From the human T2T-CHM13v2.0 reference genome, Homo sapiens, in assembly GCF_009914755.1 (NCBI RefSeq), contig NC_060942.1: a stretch of DNA of 64,000 nucleotides. One strand, given 5' to 3'. A program made the position numbers and the translations under genes. Under the pieces are notes generated by a model that did no database searches, was not told the DNA's origin, and saw nothing but the letters and a program-made list of their open reading frames with translations. Positions within the stretch are counted from its first letter, which is position 1. Every line of letters begins with the position of its first letter. Shown here in pieces: positions 37,430 through 49,742 of the stretch.

Positions 37430-40400
37430 AGAGATCTATTGCATCTGGGAAGATGGAGTAGACATATTTCCAAATTCCTCCCACTATATGTACTAAGTAC
37501 AATTAACGACCCTGGACATTATGCATATAAGAAACAAAAATACTGAAAAGTAGAGGGAAGTCAGATCAACTAAGGAACCATGGAGCCACAGATTTATAAA
37601 GTGGTGAGTTCTCTGGGTTTTTCTGCAGAAGAAAAGTTTTATATATCCCAGATGGGTTGCTAGAGAAGCTGACAACCTAGAAATCTTAATGGGTGCACAG
37701 CATAAAGGTCAGAATAAAAGTCTACTCTCTCTAGATAAAGAACCAGGAAAACAATAAAAAACCTCTCCCCCATCTTGCTGAGATAGCATTAGATAAAGCC
37801 TAGTGGAGAGTCAAAACTTTTACCATGCCCCATTAATAATGGGGCTACCTTCCCTTCTGCCCTCTGGTTTTAGTGAAGGCAGAATGGAAACTACAAATGA
37901 AGCACTTCCACTCCTCCCAGCCAAAAAGGTATCTGTAAAGGTGTAACAGAGAGCTAGAATTATCACTTCCACCCAGTGGTATCGAGGAGCTTCTCCCCAT
38001 TTAGGTGTCAACAGAGGTTGAGTGGAAACCTGAACTTCTGCCCCTACCTGGCAGTGATGAGAGTAAGGAGCTGCTACCTTGTTCCCTTCCCCTGACAAAG
38101 TGTTGTCAGGACAAGGCAGTTGAATAAAACAATATTTAAATAAGATCTACAACCTCATAACATAATATCTAAAATGTCAAGGCTTTAATTGAAAATCACT
38201 CATCTTACTAAGACCCATGAGGAACTCACACTAAATAAAACAAGATAATCAATGAATGTCAACACTGAGATGGCAGAGCTGTAAGGATTATCTGAGGGGA
38301 AAAAAGTAAAGAAGTCATACTAAAAATGCCTCAACAGCAATTACAAACAAACACTAAACAAAAAATAACCTCCAAAAAGATATATGAAGTCTCAACAAGA
38401 AATGGAAGATATAAAAAAGAACCAAATAAAAATATTAGAACTGGAAGATAACCAAAATAAAAAGCTTAGTGGATAAACTTTACACCAGAATGAAGGGGGG
38501 AAAGAGAAAATATGAAGATAGAACAATAAAATTGTATAATCTGAACATCAAAGAGTAAATAGACTAAATTTATGAAAAGAACAAAGCCTCAGAAACCTGT
38601 GGGAAAATAACAAGAGATATAACATTTCTGTCAATAAAGTCCCGAAAAGAGGACAGAGACAAAAAGTACTCAAACAACTAATGACTGAAAACTCAAATTT
38701 GGCAAAAGATATAAATGTATAGATTGAAGAAGCTGAGTGAACATTAAACAGAATACACCCAGTGAAATCCAACCAGGAAAATTTATAATCAACCTTCTAA
38801 AAACTAAAAGAAAAGGTTTTAAAAAAAAGTGATAAACAACAGCTTATCTATGGGGGAAAAACAATGTAGATAACATTGCATTTATCATCAGAAATTGTGG
38901 TGGCCAGAAATAAAGAGGCACAATATTTTTCAAGTGCTGAGAAAAAAATGGCTTGCAACCCAGAATTTATACTCAGTAAGAAATATCCTTCAAGGAAGAT
39001 GGAAAAATCAAAACATCAAAATATTCTCAGATAAAGGATTACTAAGAGATTTTTTTACCAGGACACCTACCTTACAAAACATGACTGAAGGAAGTTCTTT
39101 AAACCCAAAGCAAATGATAAAAGAAGAAGTCTCTGGAACATCAATTAAGAAGAAAAAAAACAATTAAACAAAGGACTAAATACAATAGATTTTTCTTCTC
39201 TTGAGTTTGCTATACGATGTTTGATAGTTAAAGCAAAAATTATAACAATGTCTCTGCTTCTAAATGTATGTAGAAGAAATATTATGGAAAATGAGGCAGA
39301 AGAGATCTAAAGGGAATAAGATTTCTGTTCTTCACTCTAACAGGGATGATGATGACACCAATAGACTCTGATAAGTTATGTATGTATAATGTAATCATAG
39401 CACAACCACTAAAAAAGTCATCTACCAAAACGCACTCAAAGCACTATTAATACATCAAAACAAAATTTGAAAAATATTTTGTAACCCACAGGAAGACAGT
39501 AAAAGGAAACAAAAGCTCAGTGAGAACAAAGAGAAAACACAAAACAAAAAGGCACACTAAAACTCTAACATATCAATAATTACACTATGTGTAAATAATA
39601 TAAGGGCATTAATGAAAAGACAGAAATACACATTAAACAAATATGATCCAACTGCATGCTGTCTACAGAAAATTCACTTCAGATACAGAATGCAGGGAGG
39701 TTGAAAGCACAAAGACAGGGAAAAAAAAATCATGCAAGCATTAATTAAAATAAAGTAGAATTTACTAAGAAGATATAGCAATCCTAAATGCCCACAACCC
39801 AAAAAACAGAGCCTCAAAATATGTGAAATAAAAATGAAAAGAGGAAATGGGCACATCCACAATTTTAGTAGTTGCATTTCAGCACTCTTCTATCAAGAAC
39901 TGATAGAACTACTAGATAGGAAATCAGCAAAAATATCGAAAAACTCAACAGCACCATCAAACAACAAAATCTCAACATAACACTCCACCTCCAAAAAGCA
40001 GATAACTATTATTTCAAGTGCTCAAAGAATATATACCAAGGTAGATCACATGCTGGACCATAAAACATACCTACTACATTTCGAAGCATCATACAATGTG
40101 TTCTCTGATCACAATGGAATCAAACTAAAGATCAGTACAGAAAGACAACAGATAAATCTCCAAACCCTTTGGAAATATATAATTTATTTCTCAATAGTTC
40201 ATGGGTCAAGGAGGAAGTCTCCAGGTAAATAATAAAAGGATATTGAATGGAATAAAAATGAATTATCAAAATTTGTAAGATACAGCTAAAGTAGTACTGA
40301 GAAAAATATTTTGGACCCTAAATGTTTACAGTAGAGAAGAGGGAAAAAAGCTCAGATCATTAATTTAAGCACCCACTGCAAGTACCTAAAATAAGAAAAA

Positions 40401-41062
40401 CAAAATAAATCTAAAGTAAGAAGAAGGAAAAAAAGTAAAGAAAAGAACAGGAATCAATAAAACTAAAAACAAAAACGTAGAGAAAATTAGTAAAACAAAG
40501 AGCTGGTTTTTTAAAATCTCAATAAATCAACAAATCTCTAGCAAGACAGGCAAAAAAAAAAAAAAAAACAGAGAAGACACAAATCATCAATATCAAGAAT
40601 GAAATAGAGGATATCACTACAAACCCTGAGTACATCAAAAGGATAATTAGAGATTGGTATGACCATCTCTACAAACATGTATTTGACAACTTAGATGAAA
40701 TCTATCATTTCCTCAAGATACACAAACTACTTCAACTCACTCAACATAAAATAGATGATTTGAATATCCCTGACAATTAGAGGAATTAAATTTATACTTA
40801 ACAACCTCCTTCTCAAAATATCTCAGATCCACGTGGTTTTATTGGTAAATTTTATCAAAAATTTAATGCAGAATGCAATGTGAATTTTCCATAAAAATAG
40901 AAGAGGAAATAATTCGTTTTTTGAGGCTAAAATTAAAGTAAAAAAGAAAACTGCATGTAAAGAAAAGAGATCAACATCTCTCATGATGTTAGACACAAAA
41001 ATTATCAACCAAATGTAAAAGATTGAATTCAATGATAAGGTGGTATTTATTGCAGGTATGCC
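37430..41062 (+). mobile_element. Old LINE-1 (L1MD/L1M4-like) 5' half: 5'UTR, decayed ORF1, ORF2 endonuclease to start of RT
   Basis: A-rich sense strand; 5'UTR-like AAGATGGAGTAGAC...CCCTGGACATTAT; EN motifs ATATCAATAATTACACT (ISIITL) and TGCTGTCTACAGAAAATTCAC (CCLQ-H) at ~39570-39680; ends at TTTATTGCAGGTATGC (FIPGMQ-like). Confidence 0.88.
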
Positions 41063-41227
41063 TGAATCCTTCCTTCACCAGTTCAGATATGTAGTGCCTA
41101 CATGATTCTCTCACTCCTTTTTTAAAAAATCCATCCCTCAGCAAAGGGTGACACCAATCACGTACTTTGGAGGATACTTTTAGTCTCTTTTGCTTATGGT
41201 CCACAGCTCAATTGCCATTTCAGTTTT

Positions 41228-42564
41228 ATCACATTCTTGGTGCCCCCTGCCCCCTGCCCCCTGCCCCATCAGGACCTTGGATAATTCTCCTTCTCCTGCT
41301 GATCTAGAAGAGAAGAGGCCCTCTCCAGAATACCATGTCCTCTCTCTTCCAAATTTGGGGTCAGTCCTGTTTATACTTTAGTATACTGAAGCTGAGTTGC
41401 CATTTCAGCCTTGTCTTTAATTCACAAAGAAATGGCTTGGCTACCTTGACAAAGTGAACTCAGGCATATGTGAACCAAGAGGAAGCTGACTTTCGAGCAA
41501 GGGACCTTCCTTTCCAGAAACTCTGGAATTGGGTGTTCTAGATGATTGGACCTACTTAAAGAGTCAACAATATGGAATGTCCATATTGGCATCTAAAAGA
41601 TTCTGGCAGTCATGCTTTGCACCTTTTAATTGCTGAGCCTATGATACTTAAATTTACTTTTATTGCACTTTGGGATCCATCCTGAATACTCATTCTATTT
41701 CGTCAACTCCACAGCCAGCCTAGGCTTCATAACTTGCTTGCATTTCGTGCATGGTAGCTTATTAGAATGACACATATAATGATAGAGACTGAGGGAAATT
41801 CTCCCACTTCTTCAGTCTGCCTTATCACTTTTGCAGGCAACATCACTTTATGAGCACTTCAGCCTTAAGTCAGTGGCATCTCCTAGATTTAAAAAATCAG
41901 ACATCATTCAATTGCCTTGCTATTTGAAGAGAAAACAATAACTTCAGCGTAATGACGTTTCTTCCAAGATGGCTGTTACCTCAGGCTGCCAAGAATCCTC
42001 TCATTAAGAAAAAGTGACAGCAGCTGAGTATCTCCATTTAAGTCTTGAAGCACATGCCTGTTCATTTTTCCCAACTACCAAATCCAGCACCTTGTTTCTC
42101 GCCTCTGATATACTGCATGGTAAGGTAGCTGGAAATCTGCTGTCATCTCCTGTTCCTCTGAGAAGACAGACATTTCCCAGACAGTGGCTTCGGATCTTTA
42201 CTAAGCCTGACTTGAAACTAACAGGGTTGTGGTGCACTTCTGGCTTATCGGAAGAAACTTACAGTAAAATCATTGTTTCTCCCAAATTTCTGTGTTTAAA
42301 ATGTCTTAAAAAACAAAAAGAACACTACAAAATAAGCAAAATAAGACAAACCATAAAAAGGTAGATAAAATCAAATTTCTGTCATAGATTTGTGCTTAAT
42401 ATATATAAATCTCAGGGAAGTGGGGTATACCAAAGTATAATCAAGAATGATTCCAAGTTTGGAAGAGAGAACATGGTGTTCTGGGGAGGTCTTTTCTCTA
42501 GAACAGCAGGAGAAGGAGAATTCTCCAAGGTACTGATGGGGCAGGGGGGCACCATGAATGTGAT
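41228..42564. repeat. Inverted repeat pair (41228-41386 and 42425-42564) around a 1038-bp spacer
   Basis: Manual alignment of one arm to the reverse complement of the other: about 15 substitutions and 4 indels over ~140 aligned bases. Confidence 0.92.
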
Positions 42565-42677
42565 GTCACTCAAGGAACTTTCTTTGACCCTTGAATATAC
42601 CTTTGCCAAAGCAAAACAAAGGAGATGCACCACTCCTCACTTTTGAAAACATTTGTGTTAGGATTTCAAAGCACAAG

Positions 42678-43387
42678 TGAAACTGCCATTGCAAAATTTA
42701 CTACTGAGACAGTGAAAGTGATCTGACCTGACCAGCTCCATCTTGCTTCTAACCTCCAAGCTGTCCTTGTTCATTCCCCAGCGTTAGCTGAACTAACTTT
42801 GGGAGAAACTTAGTTTATAGTTCATAGTTTAAAACAGACAATAACAGCCCTCTCCCAAAATAAAACCCCTTCTTGCCTGGGGACTAGACAGCCTTTGGAA
42901 GACTAACAAATTAGCAACAAGATTAGAAATTATGGTTTAGGAATCATGCAGCTGGAGACTGAGATTCTGACCTTCCCCAAATTGCTCCTGGGGATAATAT
43001 CACTATTGTAAAACCTAAGATCAGTGCTTGAGATATTTTGCAGACCCTGCACTTGATGGATCCGCTGGCACCACTCAGATTGATAAACTGGCTCATCTGA
43101 ATTGTGGACCCCACCCAGGAACTGATTCAGTGCAAGAGGAAAGCTTTGACTTCCTATGATTTCATCTCTGACCCAACCAATCAGCACTCCCAACTCACTG
43201 GCCCCCCCACCCACCAAATTATCCTTAAAATCTCTGATCCCCGAATGCTCACAAGACTGACTTGAGTAATAATAAAACTCAGGTCTCCCACACAGCGTGA
43301 ATTATTGTTTCTCTATTGCAATTCCCCTGTCTTAATAACTTGGCTCTGTCTAGACAGAGGGCAAGGTGAACCTGTTGGGCAGTAACA
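42678..43387 (+). mobile_element. LTR8-family ERV1 solo LTR
   Basis: TGAAACTGCCATTGCAAAA..CTGAGACAGTGAAAG...GGGCAGTAACA; AATAAA at ~43271; 4-bp TSD CAAG/CTAG. Confidence 0.9.
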
Positions 43388-43516
43388 CTAGTTAAGTTTT
43401 TATTTTATTTATATTTTCATTTACAGCTTTCTTAGTATAGAGAGTTTTTCCTTGAGAGTACCTAAATACCAAAAGCACGAGGCAGATGGATACTTCTTTA
43501 GAAAATGTTTATTTCT

Positions 43517-44003
43517 GGCAGGACATGGTGGCTCATGCCTGTAATTCCAGCACTCTGGAAGGCGGAGGAGAGATGACTTCTTGATGCCAGGAGTTCAAGA
43601 CCAGCCTAAGCAACAGAGCAAGACCCTTTCTCTAAAAAAAAAAAAAAAAAAGGCTAGAATGGTGGGGCATGCCTGTAAATTCCAGCTATTTAGGCGGCTG
43701 AGGCAGGAGAATGCTTGAGCTCAGGAGTTCAAGATGACAATGAGCTATGAGGATACCTCAGCACCCCCAGCTTGGGCAACAGAGCAACACCCTCTCTACA
43801 AACAAATTAAAAAATTAGCCTGGTGTGGTGACATGCACCTGTAGTCCTAGCTACTTGGGTGGGATAATTGCTTGAGTTCAGGAGTTTGAGATGACAGTGA
43901 GCTTCAATCACACCACTACATGCCAGCCTGGGCGACAGAGAGACCCTGTCTGCAGGACAAAACAAAACAAAAAAACAAATAACAACAACAACAACAACAA
44001 AAG
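43517..44003 (+). mobile_element. Trimeric AluJ (left + right + right arms)
   Basis: Three monomers and a (CAA)n tail; TSD GAAAATGTTTATTTCT (43501-43516) / GAAAATGTGTGTTTCT (44004-44019). Confidence 0.85.
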
Positions 44004-44738
44004 GAAAATGTGTGTTTCTGCTCCTTTACCTAGAAAAGAGCAACAGAGGTTGGGGGAGGAGGTAGTGGCAGGTCACATGTTATTCTAATTCTCGAATTGA
44101 AAGATGAAGTCTTCCTTGTGGAATCTCTCATTTTAGATGATGTAACAGGCATATCTGAGCAGGTTCTTTGGGACTCACTCTCAAGGGGAGAAGCTGTCTC
44201 TTGTGGAGTTCTGTGTAGGGGGTTACTGGAAAATTTTATCCCTTCAGCTAAGTGTTGAATGCTGTAAAAGAGATAACTAGGAGCTGGAATGATAACTCCC
44301 AGTTGTCAAACCCTTACCAAAGGTATTTCTTTCCTATATCTGCAGCCTCTTCATCCTTATTAAGGATGTGTCCTTCGATTTGACAGGTTGTTTATATATT
44401 TGATCTCATAGACAATTTTGTTTTTTGGTCTTATCTCAGTTTAACATTTTATTTAACACCTTCCTATGTCATTATCTTGTTAGTTTATAGAGGGAACCTT
44501 TATTTCAGACACATACACACCCATACTCATATATAATAAACAGATTCTATTAATACAAGTTATTTTCCACCTAACAATTTACACACATTACTCCATACTC
44601 AAAAATGTTATTTCTACTGCATACCTCACCCAGCAGTGGTGTCCTTAAAATATGCAATGATTGAAAAAGTGGAAGTCTAAACAATTTGAAGATTTTTCTA
44701 CAAAGTCTCCAAACTGTTGTAAAAATACATTAAAATAA

Positions 44739-45046
44739 TTTATTTATTTGTTTGTTTATTTTTTGAGACAGAATATCACTGTCTCACCCAGGCTGGAGTG
44801 CAGTGGTACAATCTTGGCTCACTGCAACCTCTGCTTTGTGGGCTGAAGTGATCCTTGCAACTTAGCCTCTTAAGTAGCTGGGATCACAAATATGTGCCAC
44901 CACACCCGGCTATTTTTTTGTATTTATGTAGAGTCGGGGTTTTGCCATGTTGTCCAGGCTAGTCTCGAGCTCCCTAGCTCAAAGCGATCCACTCACCTCG
45001 GCCGCCCAAATTGCTGGGATTACAGGTGTGAGCCACCATGCAGGCC
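44739..45046 (-). mobile_element. AluJb-like
   Basis: Antisense diverged Alu dimer; TSD-like AAAATAATTT / AAAAGTAATTT. Confidence 0.92.
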
Positions 45047-45876
45047 AAAAGTAATTTATATTTTGATATGCTCTTTTGTAGTTTACATGCATTACTTATG
45101 TGTGTGTTATATTGACTGTTTTCTCTGAAAAATCAGTGTGAGAGGCAGGAATAAGGAAATTGAGTTTTGGAGAAATTGAATAGCTGGTCTATGTTCTCAT
45201 AATTTGAAATTGACTAGTATCCCCAGCTTCTGATTCTCAGTCCATCTATTTATCCTATCACATCTCCTCTACACTCTTTCAGGTATGTACTGTCAATATG
45301 TAATCAAAGTCAGTTTGGGGACATAACGTAAAGGCCAGGAAAGAAACCATGTAGACCCCTATTACTATCTTTTTTCAATATCTGCTTATATACCAGTGTA
45401 CTCTTTTATTTTCCTTTAAAAAAAGTTCAGTATCTTATGACTCTTATGCTTGACACATACAAAACAATAAAGATTTTAATGAATAAATATATGAATTACA
45501 AATTAGACTTCTTAGAAGAGGTGACAGGTGAATGGAGAGATTAGAGTAACTATTAGACCAGTAAAAAAGCAGTATTGTCCCCCATGTGTTATCTCTTGAT
45601 ACCCAATCTATTCGTTCTCTGCCAGATAACAAGCTCAAGAAAGCACTGCCAGACCTCCTAAGGGAATGACTCTTATACACACATCCCTGTGTTCAAGTTA
45701 TAACACATCTGCCCCAGAAAACTTATGTGACCTGCAGATCCTGGGAGAGCTAAATTTTTTGACAAGTGGATCTAAAAAAGCCCTTTACAATTTATTCCAC
45801 CATGAAACGAACAGTAGATATGAATTCAGAATTTGGACTCTGGCCCAGTTTGTCACATTAAAATATTTTAAAAATT

Positions 45877-46175
<299 letters not shown>

Positions 46176-46299
46176 TTAAATTAATATATAAGTAGATATT
46201 CATTGTAAAATGTTTCAAGCTATAGATAGATACACACAATAAAATAGTAAAAGGCTTCTCCCTGTTTAAGAAATACCTTATAATATTTCATAGTATAGA

Positions 46300-46570
46300 T
46301 GAAATATGACCTACACCATTGTACTTGCCATCATTTTTCTTATGTGGCAAACAATGGAGTAATAGACATTCTTATATATTTGTCTTTGTGTACATTCATA
46401 ATTATTTTTATAGGACGGATTTCTAGAAGCAGAAGTTCAGGGTCAAAGAATATGTCTGTGAGTAATTTTGATAAAGAATACTAAATTTCCTCCTAAAAAA
46501 ACTGTATCCCTTTAAAATGTCACTCATTTCTCACACTCTTTTCAACACTGGATTTTGTCTTTAAAATCTT
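46300..46570 (-). mobile_element. Old L1 (L1ME-like) fragment
   Basis: ATTTCTAGAAGCAGAAGTTCAGGGTCAAAGAATATG...AATTTTGATA antisense L1M 3' region. Confidence 0.55.
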
Positions 46571-46880
46571 TAAAATTTCTATCAATGTAGCCTAGTCTTC
46601 CACAGTAATTTTTCCCAAGACCTTAAACAATCTTTTTGTTTTATCTTGTTAAAAGATTCTGTAAAATGGGCTCATAAATTCTACTTCGGGAGAGTTGTGA
46701 AGCTCCAAAAGGGAATCACTGTGTCCTGTCATTGTTGCATATTCTCATGAAAACCCTGGGAAAAATTGCATTTACCAATGCAGCCTAAAGCACTGTTTTT
46801 AAACATTAAGAGATAAAATTCTTCCTCATCCAAAACTGTTCATGGGGAATAAATTGCATAGTTTTTCAGAAGTACAAAGG

Positions 46881-47632
46881 TGTAAACCAAAAATGAAATT
46901 CTAGGGCCACCCCCACAAACAATTGAATGGACTCCTTTCCTCAGCCAATGGCATTCCAAAGTTAACCTGAAACACAAGTTCAGGCCATGGTGGGAATGGG
47001 TGGTCAGACATGCCTCATTATGCCCTGCACCTTTTGAATTCAGAAACAACTCGTCAGCATTAACATTAAAACAGACCTTAAGATTATCTATTCTCTCTGA
47101 AGCTTGTTACCTGGAGGCGTCATCCACATAATAAATACTTCGGTAGCTACAACCCCTTAGCTTAACGCAGGCACTCCTTTCTATTAATTCGAGGTCTTTA
47201 TATAAACTCTTTCAACCAACTCCTAATCAGATTTTTTTTTTTTTTTTTTTGAGACAGAGTCTTGCTCTGTCGCCCAGGCTGGAGTGTAGTGGAATGATCT
47301 CAGTTCACTGCAACCTTCACCCCTCTGGGTTAAAGCTATTCTTGTGCTTCAGCCTCCCAGAAAATTTTTGAATCCACCTATGACCTGGAACCCTCCCACT
47401 GACTCCTTGCCTGGCTTCAAGTTGTTCCTTTATTCTGGATGGAACCAATGTACATATTACATATACTGATTGATGTCATATGTCTCCCTAAAATATATAA
47501 AACCAAGCTATCACTTGAACACCCTGAGCACATGAACTCAGGACCTTCTATGACTGTGACAGGGGCATGTCCTAAACTTTGGCAAAATGAACTAAATTGA
47601 TTGAGATCTGTCTTGGATACTTTTGGTTTACA
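46881..47632 (+). mobile_element. MER4-group ERV1 LTR (long type), containing a truncated Alu
   Basis: TGTAAACCAAAAATGAAATTCTA...GGCATTCCAAAGTTAACCTGAAA...GGAACCAATGTAC...TTTTGGTTTACA. Confidence 0.88.
47232..47357 (-). mobile_element. 5'-truncated Alu inside MER4 LTR
   Basis: Poly(T) plus antisense right-arm 3' part; CAGA..TTTT repeated at both junctions. Confidence 0.9.
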
Positions 47633-47956
47633 GACCGCTTACATGACTCCATACATGCAATCATCAAATATGGCATAGTGGAGCATGAGGCGGGGCTACA
47701 GAACCCATTCAAATTTACTCAGGTTTCTTGGGTGTCCTGCGAATGGGCTCACATTTTCCCTCTGGATTTTTTCAAAGCACTAATGCTGTGAGAGTTCTTC
47801 ATAGGACCATACGGTCCTCTTTGCGGAATGTAAGAGTAGACTAAAAATACTGATGCTAGATAAATGTTTCCACTTCTTATCTGAAAATATTGACATTATA
47901 TGACCATAGTCAAAAGCAGGGCACCATTACTTGCTCTAAAATTTAATTTAGGAGAC

Positions 47957-48684
47957 TGTAACCGCCCAGTGGGTTTACCTTGCCCACTGCCTAGACAGAG
48001 CTGGTTTATCAAGACAGAGAAATTGCAATAGAGAGAGAGCTCATGCAGAGCTGCCTATATGAGAGATCAGAGTTATATTATTACTCAAATCAGTCTCCTT
48101 GAAAACTCTAGGATTGGGGGTTTTCAGGATAATTTGGCAGATAGGGGCCGATGAGTCGAGAGTACTGATTGGTCGAGTGGGATATAAAATCACAGGGAAC
48201 CAAAGCTGTCCTCCTGCTCTGAGTGAATTCCTGGGTCGGGGGCATGAGACCAGATGAGCCAATTTATCAACCTGGGTGGTGCCAGCTGATCCATCAAGTG
48301 CAGGGTCTGCGAAATATCTCAAGCACTGATCTTAGGTTTTGTAATAGTGATGTTATTCCCACGAGCAATTTGGGGAAGGTCATAATCTCATAACCCCCAG
48401 CTGCATGACTCCTACACCATAATTTCTACTGTTGTGGCTAATTTGTTAGTCCTACAAAGGCAGTATAGTCCCCAGGCAAGAAGGAGGTTTGTTTTGGGAA
48501 AGGGTTGTTATTGTCTTTGTTTTAAACTATGAACTATAAACTAAGTTCCTCCCAAAGTTAGTTAGGCCTACACCCAGGAATGAGCAAGGACAGCTTGGAG
48601 GTGAGAAGAAAGATAGAGTTAGTTAGGTCAGATCTCTTTCAGTGTCATAATTTTCTCAGTTATAATTTTGCAATGGCAGTTTCA
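47957..48684 (-). mobile_element. LTR8-family ERV1 solo LTR
   Basis: Reverse-complement homologue of 42678-43387; TGTAACCGCCC...GGCAGTTTCA; perfect TSD AGAC. Confidence 0.92.
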
Positions 48685-49307
48685 AGACTCCCATGCTACA
48701 AAGAATCCTGGCATTCTGCCTCCTCATAGCAAAGGAAGCAGGAAAATAGCTGTTGAAGTACATTTTTAGACTGAATGTGCCAATATTTTAGAGTTTCCGC
48801 AGAGGAAATTTTCTAGCAGTGACCTTTGATGTGACACCATGACTCTGACTCTAGCCCATTCTTTGACTGGAATGGACCCAAGGAATACCCTCCCTTTTTG
48901 CCTATTGAAGAGGCTAAGCAGGAGATGGGTGCTTTTCATGTTAGCCAGTCAAGAGATATTTATAGAGGTCTGCTTTGTGACCAATCCTGTGCTACATGGG
49001 GTTGCGGAGAATAGTCTCTGTCCCAGACTATTTTGCACAAAACAATTGGCAAACAGTTTAACATTTTGCTAGAATGGCTGATAGGTCAGAGTTGTTTTTT
49101 GCATCTCCGCCTGACATTCCCATTGCTACCACTCTGGTTTAGGTGTTGTATTTTCTTAAGTCCGTGGACATCATTTGCTGTTTTCTTTTACTTAAAAATA
49201 TATATTGCTACAATTTTAGTCTTTATGTAACTTCTGTTCAAAAGCCTTCGAAGGCTACCCATTTGCCCAGAGTTTAAATCCAAATGTTTAATACTTTTTA
49301 TTTAAGG

Positions 49308-49742
49308 TGTGAAGGGAAAATGTGGGGGCCCCAAAATTACTAAGCTAAAGGGAAAAGTCAAGCTGGGAACTGCTCAGGACAAACTTGCCTCCCATTTTCT
49401 TCAAAGTCATCCCTGAGATAGATGCATCTCTGATTGCCTCCTTGGAAGGACTTAGCAGAAACTCAAAGGAAGGCAACCACTTGTCTCTCACCTACCTGTG
49501 ACCTGGAAGTCCCCTTCTTGCTTTGAGTTGTTCCCACCTTTCTGGATGGAACCAATGTACTTCTTACATATACTGATTGATGTCTCATTTCTCCCTAAAA
49601 TGTATTAAACCAAGCTGAGCCCCGACCACCTTGGGCACATGTCATCAGGACTGCCTGAGGCTGTGTCATGGGTGTGCATCCTCAACCTTGGCAAAATAAA
49701 CTCTAAATTAACTGAGACTGTCTCAGATGTTCAGGGTTCACA
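49308..49742 (+). mobile_element. MER4-group ERV1 solo LTR (short type)
   Basis: TGTGAAGGGAAAA..GGGGCCCCAAAATTACTAAGCTAAAGGGAAAAGTCAAGCTGGGAACTG...GGGTTCACA; perfect TSD AAGG. Confidence 0.92.

Noticed and set aside
38200-41062. Coding L1 ORF1/ORF2
   Set aside because: Many stops and frameshifts; only short ORF fragments remain.
46881-49742. Two MER4 LTRs as one provirus (outer flanks both AAGG)
   Set aside because: Different 5' sequences and lengths; the second has its own AAGG/AAGG TSD; no internal ERV sequence recognised between them.
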